NCBI RefSeq assembly: GCF_001598795.1
Contig: NZ_BCZP01000037.1
Coordinates: forward strand, 1-32,000
Source of the DNA: Delftia acidovorans NBRC 14950
GTDB taxonomy: Bacteria > Pseudomonadota > Gammaproteobacteria > Burkholderiales > Burkholderiaceae_C
Direction: 5' to 3'
DNA: 32,000 nucleotides
Part shown: piece by piece, positions 6,716-16,243 of the stretch
Layout of the letters: the number at the start of each line of letters is the position of its first letter
Position numbering within the stretch: the stretch's first letter is position 1
Position numbers and translations under genes: made by a program
Notes under the pieces: generated by a model
The model's database searches: none
What the model was told of the DNA's origin: nothing
The model's input: the letters and a program-made list of their open reading frames with translations, nothing else

Positions 6716-8569
6716 ATGTCCGCGCCGACGATTGCGTACGACCCTGTACTCGAACGTCCGTCTTCGATGATGGCGGCGTCCCTGCAACGCAGCCTGCGCG
6801 AGCAGCAGGCCCTGCTCGACAATGCCGGCGTCGGCATCGTCTTCATTCGCCAACGCGTCATCGTCCGCTGCAACCAGTGCTACGCAGACATCTTCGGCTA
6901 CGCGGGCGAGCATGCGCTCGTGGGCATCAACAGCGAACACCTGCATCCCAGCCGCGATGAGCTGCGCAGCCTGGGACGCGAGGCCTACCGCACGCTGAGC
7001 GCCGGCCTGTCCTTTCGCACGCAGCGCCGCCTGCGCCGCAAGGACGGCAGCCTGTTCTGGGGAGAGCTCACGGGGCGGCTCATCAATCCGGGCGATGCGC
7101 GCGAGGGATCGATCTGGATCGTGAGCGATATCGACGACCGCCTGCGTGCCCAGCAGGCCCTGAGCCAGGCCCACGAGCTGCTGGAGCAGCAGGTGCGCGA
7201 CCGCACACGCGAACTCAGCGCCACGGTGGAGAACCTGCACCGGGAGATTGCCGACCGCAAGCTGGACCAGGAACGCATCTACTGGATGGCGCACTACGAC
7301 GCGCTCACCGGCCTGCCCAACCGCACGCTGCTGGCCGAGCGCAGTGCCCGCGCCATCGAGCTGGCCAAGGCCAACGACACGCCGCTGGCCGTGATGTTCC
7401 TGGACCTGGACCACTTCAAGCATGTCAATGATTCGCTGGGTCATCGCGTGGGCGATGCCCTGCTGGTGGAGATTGCCCGCCGCCTGCGTGCCGTCGTGCG
7501 CGACCGCGATACGGTGGCCCGCATCGGCGGCGACGAATTCGTGCTGCTGCTGCCCGGCGCTAATGCCCAGGGCGCGGCCCGCGTGGCCGGCAAGCTGCAG
7601 GAGGCGTCGCGCCAGGCCTACCAGATCGACCGCCATGAGCTGACCATTGCGCCGTCCATGGGCATTGCGCTGTACCCGCGCGACGGCCACGACATCGACT
7701 CGCTGACACAGGCCGCCGACGCGGCCATGTACCACGCCAAGCAGGCCGGTCGCAACACCTACCGCTTCTTCACGCCGCAGATGCAGGCCCAGTCCCTGCG
7801 CGCCCTGCAGCTGGAGAACGCGCTGCGCCGGGCGCTGGAGCGCAATCAGCTGTATCTGCACTATCAGCCGCAGATCACGCTGAGCACCGGCCGCGTGCGC
7901 AGCGTGGAGGCGCTGCTGCGCTGGGAGCACCCGGAACTGGGCTCGGTCTCACCGGCCGAGTTCATTCCCGTGGCCGAGGACAGTGGCCAGATCCTGCAGA
8001 TCGGCGAATGGGTGCTGCGCAGCGCCATGCAGCAGTTGCAGGTCTGGCGCAATGCGGGCCTGTGCGACCTGAAGGTGGCCGTGAATCTTTCGGCCATCCA
8101 GTTCCATCAGCAGCAACTGCCCGAGATCATCAACCGCATCCTGCTCGACAGCGACCTGCCGGCCGATTCGCTGGAGCTGGAGCTGACCGAGGGCGTTGCC
8201 ATCCATGATCCGCGCCAGGCGACAGCCACCATGGACCGGCTGCGCGAGCACGGCGTGCGCCTGGCCATGGATGACTTCGGCACCGGCTATTCATCCCTGA
8301 GCCAGCTCAAGCGCTTTCAGATCTACAAGCTCAAGATCGACCAGTCCTTCATCCAGGATCTGGACCACGACAGCAACGACCGCGCCATTGTCAGCGCCAT
8401 CATCCGCATGGCCCAGGCCCTGGGCATGCAGACCACGGCCGAGGGCGTGGAGACCGAGGCGCAGCTGGAGTTCCTGCGCGAGCAGGGCTGCGATGAAGCC
8501 CAGGGCTACCATTTCAGCCGCCCGCTGGCACCTGAGGCGCTGGAGTCCTTCTTGCGCAGCCAGGGCTGA
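6716..8569 (+). CDS. Cytoplasmic PAS-GGDEF-EAL protein (putative diguanylate cyclase/phosphodiesterase)
   Basis: The N-terminal PAS-like region reads LLDNAGVGIVFI...IWIVSDIDDR and is followed by a coiled-coil linker. The GGDEF domain has an intact RIGGDEFVLLL and an RxxD I-site (RDRD) 5 residues upstream. The EAL domain carries VEALLRWEHPELG, DDFGTGYSSL and EAQGYHFSRP. No TM segment is evident. Confidence 0.93.
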   Translation: MSAPTIAYDPVLERPSSMMAASLQRSLREQQALLDNAGVGIVFIRQRVIVRCNQCYADIFGYAGEHALVGINSEHLHPSRDELRSLGREAYRTLSAGLSFRTQRRLRRKDGSLFWGELTGRLINPGDAREGSIWIVSDIDDRLRAQQALSQAHELLEQQVRDRTRELSATVENLHREIADRKLDQERIYWMAHYDALTGLPNRTLLAERSARAIELAKANDTPLAVMFLDLDHFKHVNDSLGHRVGDALLVEIARRLRAVVRDRDTVARIGGDEFVLLLPGANAQGAARVAGKLQEASRQAYQIDRHELTIAPSMGIALYPRDGHDIDSLTQAADAAMYHAKQAGRNTYRFFTPQMQAQSLRALQLENALRRALERNQLYLHYQPQITLSTGRVRSVEALLRWEHPELGSVSPAEFIPVAEDSGQILQIGEWVLRSAMQQLQVWRNAGLCDLKVAVNLSAIQFHQQQLPEIINRILLDSDLPADSLELELTEGVAIHDPRQATATMDRLREHGVRLAMDDFGTGYSSLSQLKRFQIYKLKIDQSFIQDLDHDSNDRAIVSAIIRMAQALGMQTTAEGVETEAQLEFLREQGCDEAQGYHFSRPLAPEALESFLRSQG

Positions 8570-8621
8570 CCGGGCCGCATCACCGCGCGCATCGCATCAC
8601 CTCGCGCACCGGAATCCAGAC

Positions 8622-8652
8622 GAAAAAAAGCCGAGGCATGAAGCCTCGGCCT
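8622..8652 (-). terminator. Rho-independent terminator downstream of glmM
   Basis: The minus strand reads GCCGAGGC-ttcat-GCCTCGGC followed by TTTTTTT. The stem spans 8630-8637/8643-8650 and the T run corresponds to plus-strand 8623-8629. It lies 28 nt after the glmM stop, between convergent genes. Confidence 0.8.
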
Positions 8653-8677
8653 TCCATGCACAGGAGCGCGCAACCGC

Positions 8678-10021
8678 TCAGGCAACCGGCGAATTCTTGG
8701 CCACGCTGGCCAGGCGCTCGGCACAGCGGCTGGCCTGATCGCCATCGCGCGCCTCCACCATCACGCGCAGCAAAGGCTCGGTGCCGCTGGCGCGGATGAG
8801 CACACGCCCGGTATCGCCCAGCTCGGCCTTGACGGCCTCGGTGGCCTCTTCCAATTGGGTGTTGCGCTTCCAGTCCTGGCCCGGCTGCAGCCGCACGTTG
8901 AGCAGCACCTGGGGAAACAGCTGCACGGACGACAGCCACTGCGACAGGCTCTTGCCCGAGCGCACGCAGGCCTGCAGCACCTGCAGTGCGCTGACCAGGC
9001 CGTCGCCCGTGGTGTGCTTGTCCAGCGCCAGCAAATGGCCCGAGCCCTCACCGCCCAGGGTCCAGCCCTGGCGGTGCAACTCTTCCAGCACATAGCGGTC
9101 GCCCACCTTGGCACGCACAAAGCCCACGCCCTGGGACTTCAGCGCCACCTCCACGGCCATATTGGTCATCAGTGTGCCCACGGCGCCCGGCACGGCCTCG
9201 CCGCGCGCCAGCCGGTCGGCCGCCATCAGATACAGCAGCTCGTCGCCGTTGTAGAGCCGCCCTGCCGCATCGACCAGCAGTAGCCGGTCGGCATCGCCAT
9301 CCAGCGCCACGCCGAAATCGGCCTTGTTGGCGCGCACGGCCAGCACCAGAGCCTCGGGGTGCGTGGCACCCACGTCTTCGTTGATGTTCAGTCCATCGGG
9401 CGCACAGCCTATGGCCACCACATCGGCCCCCAGTTCATGGAAGACCTTGGGTGCGATCTGATAGGCCGCGCCATGGGCCGCATCGACAACGATCTTCACG
9501 CCCTTGAGCGTGAGTGCATGGTCAAAGGTGCTCTTGCAGAACTCGATGTAGCGCCCTGCCGCGTCTTCAAGGCGCCGGGCCTTTCCCAGAGCGGCAGAGT
9601 CGGCCCACACGGGATCTTCGGTCAAGGCCTGCTCGACCTCTTCCTCCCAGGCATCGGGCAGCTTGGTGCCCTGGGCGCTGAAGAACTTGATGCCGTTGTC
9701 GTAGTAAGGGTTGTGGCTGGCGCTGATGACCACGCCCAGGCTGGCGCGCTGGGCGCGCGTCAGGTAGGCCACGCCCGGGGTGGGCAGGGGACCGAGCAGC
9801 ATCACGTCCACGCCGGCCGAGTTGAAGCCGGACTCCAGGGCACTTTCCAGCATGTAGCCCGAGATCCGGGTGTCCTTGCCGATCAGCACCATCGGGCGGG
9901 CTTCCTTGCGCCGCAGCACACGGCCCACGGCGTGCGCCAGGCGCAGCGCGAAATCGGGGGTGATGGGCGAGCGGCCCACCAGGCCGCGAATTCCATCGGT
10001 ACCAAAATATGTGCGTGCCAT
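8678..10021 (-). CDS. glmM: Phosphoglucosamine mutase GlmM
   Basis: [13 protein letters not shown]; active-site [15 protein letters not shown]; [10 protein letters not shown]. An AAGGAG SD precedes the ATG. The product is 447 aa. Confidence 0.96.
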   Translation of the reverse strand: MARTYFGTDGIRGLVGRSPITPDFALRLAHAVGRVLRRKEARPMVLIGKDTRISGYMLESALESGFNSAGVDVMLLGPLPTPGVAYLTRAQRASLGVVISASHNPYYDNGIKFFSAQGTKLPDAWEEEVEQALTEDPVWADSAALGKARRLEDAAGRYIEFCKSTFDHALTLKGVKIVVDAAHGAAYQIAPKVFHELGADVVAIGCAPDGLNINEDVGATHPEALVLAVRANKADFGVALDGDADRLLLVDAAGRLYNGDELLYLMAADRLARGEAVPGAVGTLMTNMAVEVALKSQGVGFVRAKVGDRYVLEELHRQGWTLGGEGSGHLLALDKHTTGDGLVSALQVLQACVRSGKSLSQWLSSVQLFPQVLLNVRLQPGQDWKRNTQLEEATEAVKAELGDTGRVLIRASGTEPLLRVMVEARDGDQASRCAERLASVAKNSPVA

Positions 10022-10037
10022 AGTGCTCCTTTGTTGT

Positions 10038-10874
10038 TCAGTTGTTGTCGTGCATGGTCTGCCAGACCGTCAATGCCGCCACCGTATCTGCCACGTCGTG
10101 TACGCGCACCACGCGCGCACCCCGCTCCACTGCCAGCAGCGCCGCCGCCACACTGGGCACCATGCGCTGGCCCTGCGCAAGGCCACTGACCTGCCCGAGC
10201 GAGCCCTTGCGCGACCAGCCCGCCAGCAGCGGGAAGTCTAGGCCCAGCAATTCCTGCTGGCGCGCAAGCAGCGAAAAATTCTGTGCCACGCTTTTGCCGA
10301 AGCCGATGCCGTAGTCCCAGACAATGCGCTCGCGCGCCACGCCCCGAGCCAGCAGGGCATCGGTGTGCAACTGCAGGAAATCGCGCACGGCGGGCACGGC
10401 ATCGCCTTGCATGGGCATGGTCTGCATGTCCTGCGGCGTGCCATGCATGTGCATGAGACAGATGCCGCAGCGCGGGTGCGCGGCCACCACCTGCTGCGCG
10501 CCCGGCTGGCGCAGCGCCCAGATGTCGTTGACGATGTCGGCCCCCAGATCCAGCACGGCCTGCATGACCTCGGGCTTGTAGGTATCGACGGAGACAGGCA
10601 CGCCCAGTTCCACCGCGCCCTGCACCACGGGCAGCACGCGCCGCAATTCCTCGTCCAGCGGAACAGCCGGTGAGCCGGGCCTGGTGGACTCGCCACCGAT
10701 ATCGAGGATGTGCGCGCCCTCACTGACCAGTTGCTCTGCATGTCGCAAGGCCTGCTCCACCGTGTTGTGCCGCCCGCCGTCGGAAAACGAGTCGGGCGTC
10801 ACATTGACGATGCCCATGACCAGTGGACGCTGAAGGTCTAGAACAAAGCGCGAAGTCTGCCATTGATGCGGCAT
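10038..10874 (-). CDS. folP: Dihydropteroate synthase FolP
   Basis: ORF 10038..11150 is trimmed to the ATG at 10874 ([34 protein letters not shown]). The longer N-terminus would overlap the ftsH 3' end and its terminator. The product is 278 aa and the gene lies 16 nt upstream of glmM. Confidence 0.92.
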   Translation of the reverse strand: MPHQWQTSRFVLDLQRPLVMGIVNVTPDSFSDGGRHNTVEQALRHAEQLVSEGAHILDIGGESTRPGSPAVPLDEELRRVLPVVQGAVELGVPVSVDTYKPEVMQAVLDLGADIVNDIWALRQPGAQQVVAAHPRCGICLMHMHGTPQDMQTMPMQGDAVPAVRDFLQLHTDALLARGVARERIVWDYGIGFGKSVAQNFSLLARQQELLGLDFPLLAGWSRKGSLGQVSGLAQGQRMVPSVAAALLAVERGARVVRVHDVADTVAALTVWQTMHDNN

Positions 10875-10950
10875 GGGGTTTCCTGAAGGTAGGCGCTTGC
10901 CGGACGGGGCCCCTCGCTCGGCCACCGCTGTGGGCGATTGAACACATCCT

Positions 10951-10986
10951 GCAAGCAAAGCAAAAGGGCCCCTCGGGGCCCTTTGC
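10951..10986 (-). terminator. Rho-independent terminator downstream of ftsH
   Basis: The minus strand reads GCAAAGGGCCCC-ga-GGGGCCCTTTTGC followed by TTTGCTTGC. It lies 31 nt after the ftsH stop. Confidence 0.7.
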
Positions 10987-11016
10987 ATGGGATTGGCAGA
11001 TTCTGCGGCAAGCAGA

Positions 11017-12939
11017 TCAGGCCGTGGTGGGCGCAGGGTCGGCATCCACTGCCGGCGTGCCGCCGGACGAGTTGCCACCGTCGGAAGACGGCGGGTTGCG
11101 CGGCACCCAGTCCTTGGGAGGACGCGGCTCGCGGCCGGCCATGATGTCATCGAGTTGCTCGGCGTCGATGGTTTCCCAGTCGAGCATGGCCTTGGCCATG
11201 GCGTGCATCTTGTCGGAGTTGTCCTCGATCAGCTTGCGCGCCAGTCCGTACTGCTCGTCGATGATGCGGCGAACCTCCTGGTCCACCTTCTGCATCGTCT
11301 GCTCGCTCATGCTGTTGGTCTTGCTCATCGAGCGGCCCAGGAAAGGCTCGCCTTCCTGCTCCGCATAGACCATGGGACCCAGCGCGTCGGTCATGCCGTA
11401 GCGCGTGACCATGTCGCGTGCGATCTGCGTGGCCCGCTCGAAGTCATTGCTCGCGCCCGTGGTCATCTGGTTCATGAACACTTCTTCGGCAATGCGTCCA
11501 CCGAACAGCATGGCGATCTGGTTGAGCATGAACTCCTTGTCGTAGGAGTAGCGGTCCTTCTCGGGCAGGCTCATCGTTACGCCCAGCGCACGGCCGCGGG
11601 GGATGATGGTGACCTTGTGCACGGGATCGCACTTGGGCAGCAGCTTGCCGATCAGCGCGTGGCCCGCCTCGTGGTAGGCCGTGTTGCGGCGCTCTTCCTC
11701 GGGCATGACCATGCTCTTGCGCTCGGGGCCCATGATGATCTTGTCCTTGGCCTTCTCGAAATCCTGCATCTCGACGGTACGCGCATTGCGGCGCGCGGCC
11801 ATCAGGGCTGCTTCGTTGCAGAGGTTGGCCAGATCGGCGCCCGACATGCCGGGCGTGCCGCGGGCGATCACGCCCGGATTCACGTCCTGGCCGACAGGGA
11901 TCTTGCGCATATGCACATTGAGGATCTGCTCGCGGCCGCGGATATCGGGCAGCGTCACATACACCTGGCGGTCGAAACGGCCGGGACGCAGCAGGGCGGC
12001 ATCCAGGATGTCGGGACGGTTGGTCGCAGCCACGACGATCACGCCGAGGTTGGTCTCGAAGCCGTCCATCTCGACCAGCATCTGGTTCAGGGTCTGTTCA
12101 CGCTCATCGTTGCCACCGCCCAGGCCTGCGCCGCGCTGGCGGCCCACGGCGTCGATTTCATCGATGAAGATGATGCAGGGTGCGTTCTTCTTGGCGTTCT
12201 CGAACATGTCGCGCACACGGGCCGCGCCCACGCCGACGAACATTTCCACGAAGTCGGAACCCGAGATGCTGAAGAACGGAACCTTGGCTTCACCAGCGAT
12301 GGACTTGGCCAGCAGCGTCTTGCCGGTACCCGGAGGCCCGACCAGCAGCAGGCCACGCGGAATGCGGCCGCCGAGCTTCTGGAACTTGTTGGGGTCCTTG
12401 AGGAAGTCCACGACTTCCTTGACCTCTTCCTTGGCTTCGTCGCAGCCTGCAACGTCGGCAAAGGTCACGGTGTTGTTGTTCTCGTCCAGCATGCGCGCCT
12501 TGCTCTTGCCGAAGCTGAAAGCACCGCCCTTGCCGCCGCCCTGCATCTGGCGCATGAAGTACACCCACACGCCGATCAACAGCAGCATGGGGCCCCAGCT
12601 GACGAGCAGGGTCATCAGGACCGAGCCTTCTTCGCGGGGCTTGACGTCGAACTTGACGTTGTTGTTGATCAGGTCACCCACGAGCCCGCGATCCAGATAG
12701 GTGGCTGTGGTGCGCACCTTGCGGTCATCGTTGGTCGTGGCCACGATCTCGGTGCCGCCGGGGCTTTCCTGGATGGTGGCGCTCTTGATGCGGTTGCTGC
12801 GCACCTCTTCCAGGAACTCGGAGTAACCGACATGGGACGCGCCGGCGCCGCCACGGGTGTCAAATTGTTTGAACACCGTAAACAGCACCATGGCGATGAC
12901 CAGCCAGACGGCAATTTTTGAAAACCACTGATTGTTCAA
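11017..12939 (-). CDS. ftsH: ATP-dependent zinc metalloprotease FtsH
   Basis: Walker [19 protein letters not shown], an AAA second region of homology, and the zinc motif HEAGHAL. The start is placed at TTG 12939 ([21 protein letters not shown]), with a GGAG SD 7 nt upstream. The ORF track's upstream ATG at 13005 adds 22 unconserved-looking residues. Confidence 0.95.
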   Translation of the reverse strand: MNNQWFSKIAVWLVIAMVLFTVFKQFDTRGGAGASHVGYSEFLEEVRSNRIKSATIQESPGGTEIVATTNDDRKVRTTATYLDRGLVGDLINNNVKFDVKPREEGSVLMTLLVSWGPMLLLIGVWVYFMRQMQGGGKGGAFSFGKSKARMLDENNNTVTFADVAGCDEAKEEVKEVVDFLKDPNKFQKLGGRIPRGLLLVGPPGTGKTLLAKSIAGEAKVPFFSISGSDFVEMFVGVGAARVRDMFENAKKNAPCIIFIDEIDAVGRQRGAGLGGGNDEREQTLNQMLVEMDGFETNLGVIVVAATNRPDILDAALLRPGRFDRQVYVTLPDIRGREQILNVHMRKIPVGQDVNPGVIARGTPGMSGADLANLCNEAALMAARRNARTVEMQDFEKAKDKIIMGPERKSMVMPEEERRNTAYHEAGHALIGKLLPKCDPVHKVTIIPRGRALGVTMSLPEKDRYSYDKEFMLNQIAMLFGGRIAEEVFMNQMTTGASNDFERATQIARDMVTRYGMTDALGPMVYAEQEGEPFLGRSMSKTNSMSEQTMQKVDQEVRRIIDEQYGLARKLIEDNSDKMHAMAKAMLDWETIDAEQLDDIMAGREPRPPKDWVPRNPPSSDGGNSSGGTPAVDADPAPTTA

Positions 12940-12974
12940 GCGGGGCTCCAATGGGGATACAGATAAAACGACTT

Positions 12975-13040
12975 CCAGCGTGCTCGAAGCGTATTTGCGG
13001 TCCATTTTAGGTGTTTCAAGCTGGCTGGTCGCCTATATCC
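12975..13040 (-). promoter_or_regulatory. Candidate ftsH promoter region inside the rlmE-ftsH spacer
   Basis: The minus strand carries CTTGAAA (13020->13014, sigma70/sigma32-like -35) and TAAAAT (a -10-like hexamer). They are only 5 nt apart, so they cannot belong to the same promoter. No unambiguous -35/-10 pair was found. Confidence 0.25.
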
Positions 13041-13109
13041 CTCTATAGCAGCCATAGCTTGAATGCGGTCTTGACCCGCGTCAGGGCCGCGCCGGGCGGC
13101 TGCGCAGAG

Positions 13110-13763
13110 CTACTTGAGCCCCATGCCCACCAGAAACGTCTCCGAAGACTTGTCGCGCGAGGACTTGGGCTTGATCGGCTTGACCACCTTGAAGGTCTGC
13201 CGGAACAGCGCCACCAGGTCGTCGTAGGCCCCGCCGTGGAAGAGCTTCACGACCAAGGCCCCTTCAGGTTTCATATGGTGGATGGAGAAATCAACCGCCA
13301 GCTCCACCAGCAGCGCAATGCGCGCCGCGTCCGTCGTCCCGTTGCCCGACAGGTTGGGAGCCATGTCGGAGACCACCACATCGGCCTTGCCACCGCCCAG
13401 CGCCTCCTGAAGCTGCGCCAGCACCGGCTCCTCGCGAAAATCGCCCAGAATGAACTGCACGCCTTCGATGGGCTCCATGGGCAGCAGATCCAGCGAGATG
13501 ATCCGGCCATTGAGCGCGCCCACCGCCGCGCCTTCTGGCGACAGGCAGCGGCGCACATACTGGCTCCACGCCCCTGGCGTAGAGCCCAGATCCACCACCG
13601 TGGCACCCGGCCGGATGAGCTTGAGCTGCTCGTCGATCTCCTTGAGTTTGTAGGCCGCGCGAGCGCGGTAGCCGTCCTTCTGGGCGGCTTTGACGTAAGG
13701 ATCGTTGACGTGGCTGTTGAGCCAAGCCTTGTTGACCTTCTTGCTTTTTGTGTTGACTTTCAT
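13110..13763 (-). CDS. rlmE: 23S rRNA 2'-O-ribose U2552 methyltransferase RlmE (FtsJ)
   Basis: ORF 13110..13796 is trimmed to the ATG at 13763 ([44 protein letters not shown]), which aligns with the E. coli RlmE N-terminus. The SAM motif [13 protein letters not shown] and [10 protein letters not shown] are present. The gene lies immediately upstream of ftsH, as in E. coli. Confidence 0.93.
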   Translation of the reverse strand: MKVNTKSKKVNKAWLNSHVNDPYVKAAQKDGYRARAAYKLKEIDEQLKLIRPGATVVDLGSTPGAWSQYVRRCLSPEGAAVGALNGRIISLDLLPMEPIEGVQFILGDFREEPVLAQLQEALGGGKADVVVSDMAPNLSGNGTTDAARIALLVELAVDFSIHHMKPEGALVVKLFHGGAYDDLVALFRQTFKVVKPIKPKSSRDKSSETFLVGMGLK

Positions 13764-13794
13764 GCTGGATTCTTTCAGCCTCGATAATACGGCC

Positions 13795-14268
13795 ATGCCC
13801 CAAATTCAATTGACTCCCGCCGAGCGCCGGGAACACCGCGCCAACGCACACCACCTGGACCCCGTGGTCCTCATCGGAGGTGACGGCCTGACGGCTGCCG
13901 TGCAAAAGGAGGTCAACGCCGGCCTTAACGCACATGGCCTGATCAAGGTCCGTGTCTTCAACGACGACCGCGCCGCACGCGAGCAGATGTATCTGCAGCT
14001 GTGCGACGAACTTGGCGCTGCACCCATTCAACATATCGGCAAGCTGCTGGTGCTCTGGCGCCCCATGCCGGAAAAGGAAAAAGCCATCGACGAGAACCGC
14101 ATGCCCGGTCCTCGCGATGTCAAGCTGCTCAAGTTCAGCAAGCGCTCCGGCCAAAAGCCCGAGGTCAAGCAGATCCGCGTGCTGGGCAACCAGCGCCTGA
14201 CGGCAGGTGGCCAGGTCAAGCGCGCCAAGCCCAAGCAAAAGTCGGTCAAGAAGCGCCAGGCAGACTGA
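13795..14268 (+). CDS. yhbY: YhbY/CRM-domain RNA-binding protein with a lysine-rich C-terminal extension
   Basis: ORF 13705..14268 is trimmed to the ATG at 13795. [54 protein letters not shown] aligns with E. coli YhbY. The gene is divergent from rlmE, which is the conserved arrangement. The product is 157 aa, against about 100 aa for the core domain. Confidence 0.88.
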   Translation: MPQIQLTPAERREHRANAHHLDPVVLIGGDGLTAAVQKEVNAGLNAHGLIKVRVFNDDRAAREQMYLQLCDELGAAPIQHIGKLLVLWRPMPEKEKAIDENRMPGPRDVKLLKFSKRSGQKPEVKQIRVLGNQRLTAGGQVKRAKPKQKSVKKRQAD

Positions 14269-14281
14269 GTCCGCCGCATCC

Positions 14282-15076
14282 ATGACCGTAGCATCCCATG
14301 CCGCCAGCGTGGCCCAGGCCGCGCAACCGCCCTCCGCCTCCCCCTCTGCGCAGCAGCGCTTCGTGATCTGCATGAAGTGGGGCAAGAAGTACGGTCCGGA
14401 GTATGTCAACAGGCTCTACGCCATGGTGCGTCGGCATCTGAAGGGCGATTTTCGCCTTGTCTGCCTGACCGATGACGGCGTGGGGATTCGTGACGAAGTC
14501 GAATGCCTGCCCATTCCGCCGCTGAACCTGCCCGCCGGCATTCCCGAGCGCGGCTGGAACAAGCTGGCCACCTTCAGTGCCGACCTGCATGGCCTGCGCG
14601 GCACGGCGCTGTTTCTTGACGTGGACGTGGTCATCACCGGGCCGCTGGACGATTTTTTCACCGAGCCCGGCGAATTCCTGATCATCCACGACTACAAGCG
14701 TCCCTGGCGCATCACTGGCAATTCCTCGGTGTACCGCTTCGAGCTGGGTGCCCACCCCGAGGTACTGGACTACTTCCGCACGCATTTCGAAGAGATCCGC
14801 AGCAGCTTCCGCAACGAACAGGCCTACCTGTCCGACATGCTGCACAAGCAGGGCAAGCTCAAGTACTGGCCGCAGGCTTGGTGCCCCAGCTTCAAGTACC
14901 ACTGCATTCCCGCATGGCCGACGAACTACTGGAAGCCGCCCTTCGTGCCGGATGGTGCACGCGTGGTGATCTTCCACGGAGAATGCAATCCGCCCGACGC
15001 GTTGGCCGGCCGGCGCAATCGGCGCTTTCGCTATATCCGGCCTGCTACCTGGGTGGCCGAGCACTGGCACGAGTGA
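14282..15076 (+). CDS. Uncharacterised protein, putative GT-A-fold glycosyltransferase-like (function is an inference)
   Basis: ORF 14207..15076 is trimmed to the ATG at 14282, 13 nt after the yhbY stop. GC3 is high and host-like. An N-terminal beta-strand-like RFVICMKWGKKYGPEYVNRLY is present. A DxD-like FLDVDVVITGPLDDFF follows a hydrophobic strand. The C-terminus is Trp/Tyr-rich (KYWPQAWCPSFKYHCIPAWPTNYWKPPF). No family could be recognised with certainty from memory. Confidence 0.7.
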   Translation: MTVASHAASVAQAAQPPSASPSAQQRFVICMKWGKKYGPEYVNRLYAMVRRHLKGDFRLVCLTDDGVGIRDEVECLPIPPLNLPAGIPERGWNKLATFSADLHGLRGTALFLDVDVVITGPLDDFFTEPGEFLIIHDYKRPWRITGNSSVYRFELGAHPEVLDYFRTHFEEIRSSFRNEQAYLSDMLHKQGKLKYWPQAWCPSFKYHCIPAWPTNYWKPPFVPDGARVVIFHGECNPPDALAGRRNRRFRYIRPATWVAEHWHE

Positions 15077-15090
15077 GCAGCTCGGCCCAC

Positions 15091-15123
15091 AAAAAACGCC
15101 CGCGCTTGCGGGCGTTTTCGTTT
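15091..15123. terminator. Bidirectional rho-independent terminator between the GT-like gene and the DUF4149-like gene
   Basis: AAAAAACGCCCGC-gctt-GCGGGCGTTTTCGTTT. A perfect GC-rich stem is flanked by an A run and a T run, so either strand reads as stem plus U tract. Confidence 0.85.
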
Positions 15124-15152
15124 GGCATGGCGCCGAACCGGCAGGACCGGGC

Positions 15153-15596
15153 TCAGGCCATGGCCTCGGTTTTCGCCTGAGACGGACTGCCTATGCGCCA
15201 CAGCACGACGAGCGCGCACAGCCACTGCAGCGCATACATCACCGTGCCCACGCTGTGCCACAGCTTGAGGTTGTCGCGTGCAACGATGCGCGGCGACACG
15301 CCGTACTGGACCAGAAATGCCAGCAGCATGCCTGCGATCACAAAGCCCAGACAGGCCTTGGCCCAGGGCTGCAGGACCTGCTCCTTGCTGCGCCGGGACA
15401 GGACCAGCAGCAGGGCCGCGCAGGCGATGGACACCCAGGTCTGCGCGGCAAACAGCTTGGCTGCCATGAAGCCCGCGACAGCCGGCGTGGGCAATTGGGC
15501 GAACAGCATGGGCACGGCCATGAAGCCGATGGCCGACAGGCTGCCCCACCACAGGGCGGCAGCCAGCAGGGGAATGCGCTCGTACAGGTTGCTCAT
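15153..15596 (-). CDS. Small integral membrane protein (DUF4149-like), co-oriented downstream of greA
   Basis: The product is 147 aa with about 4 predicted hydrophobic helices (IPLLAAALWWGSLSAIGFMAVPMLF, WVSIACAALLLVL, CLGFVIAGMLLAFLV, VMYALQWLCALVVLW). A GAGGAAGG SD precedes the ATG. From memory, a small membrane protein of this kind follows greA in many Burkholderiales. Confidence 0.75.
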   Translation of the reverse strand: MSNLYERIPLLAAALWWGSLSAIGFMAVPMLFAQLPTPAVAGFMAAKLFAAQTWVSIACAALLLVLSRRSKEQVLQPWAKACLGFVIAGMLLAFLVQYGVSPRIVARDNLKLWHSVGTVMYALQWLCALVVLWRIGSPSQAKTEAMA

Positions 15597-15640
15597 GGGC
15601 TTAGGCCTTCCTCAATGATCGAGGCACAGGCGCCGACGCA

Positions 15641-16117
15641 TCAGAGGTAGCGCACCGACACCACTTCATAGCGGCGCTCGCCGCCCGGTGCCTGCACGAC
15701 GGCGGTATCGCCCTCTTCCTTGCCGATCAGCGCGCGCGCGATGGGGCTGGAGACGTTGATCAGGCCCAGCTTGAGATCGGCCTCGTCCTCGCCGACGATC
15801 TGGTACTTGACCGTGTCGCCGCTGTCTTCATCCTCGAGCTCCACCGTTGCACCGAAGACCACGCGGCCACCGGCATCCACGGAAGAGGGATCGATGATCT
15901 GGGCAGCCGACAGCTTGCTCTCGACCTCGGCAATGCGGCCTTCGATGAAGCCTTGGCGGTCCTTGGCGGCCTCGTATTCGGCGTTTTCGCTCAGGTCGCC
16001 CTGGGCACGTGCCTCGGCGATGGCCTGGATGATGGAGGGACGCTCCACGGTTTTCAGGCGGTGCAGTTCGTCCTTGAGCTTCTCGGCTCCGCGCTTGGTG
16101 ATGGGAATGGTGGCCAT
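15641..16117 (-). CDS. greA: Transcription elongation factor GreA
   Basis: ORF 15641..16246 is trimmed to the ATG at 16117, which has a [59 protein letters not shown] is the canonical GreA N-terminus. The product is 158 aa. Confidence 0.96.
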   Translation of the reverse strand: MATIPITKRGAEKLKDELHRLKTVERPSIIQAIAEARAQGDLSENAEYEAAKDRQGFIEGRIAEVESKLSAAQIIDPSSVDAGGRVVFGATVELEDEDSGDTVKYQIVGEDEADLKLGLINVSSPIARALIGKEEGDTAVVQAPGGERRYEVVSVRYL

Positions 16118-16204
16118 TGAAAAGTCTCCATGTTCAGCGAACGCCGCGCGCTGCGCGGTTTCTTTGGTACAGGCGGGCCGGCGACTTTGCGGCTGGACCT
16201 GCAC

Positions 16205-16243
16205 CCCAAAAGCAAACCGCCGCACGTTGCCGCGCGGCGGTTT
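16205..16243 (-). terminator. Rho-independent terminator in the carB-greA spacer (carAB terminator and/or greA leader attenuator)
   Basis: The minus strand reads AAACCGCCGC-gcggcaacgt-GCGGCGGTTT followed by GCTTTTGGGG. It lies 129 nt after the carB stop and 88 nt before the greA ATG. Confidence 0.7.

Noticed and set aside
5499-7930. Minus-strand ORFs 5499..6578 (359 aa) and 6695..7930 (411 aa)
   Set aside because: They are antisense to the short Ppx/GppA gene and to the PAS-GGDEF-EAL gene respectively. Both have Ala/Gly/Arg-rich artefact composition.
10875-11150. N-terminal extensions offered by the ORF track for folP (to 11150), greA (to 16246), ppx (from 1307), pstS (to 1229), rlmE (to 13796), ftsH (to 13005) and rseP (to 30227)
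   Set aside because: The extensions are Arg/Pro/Ala-rich and unconserved-looking. Several use non-ATG first codons, run through terminators or neighbouring genes, or bypass a good SD-plus-start that yields the canonical family N-terminus.
10987-12921. A 644-aa plus-strand ORF
   Set aside because: It is antisense to ftsH and has no motifs. This is the same high-GC artefact.
12955-12990. A sigma32-like pattern CTGGAAG-N15-CCCCATTG upstream of ftsH
   Set aside because: The -10 element would sit only about 12 nt from the TTG start and overlap the SD. That would leave no usable leader, so the match is probably fortuitous.
13291-14409. A 372-aa minus-strand ORF running through rlmE, the divergent promoter region and yhbY
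   Set aside because: It is out of frame with rlmE and antisense to yhbY. It would have to read across a bidirectional promoter region, and it has no recognisable domain.
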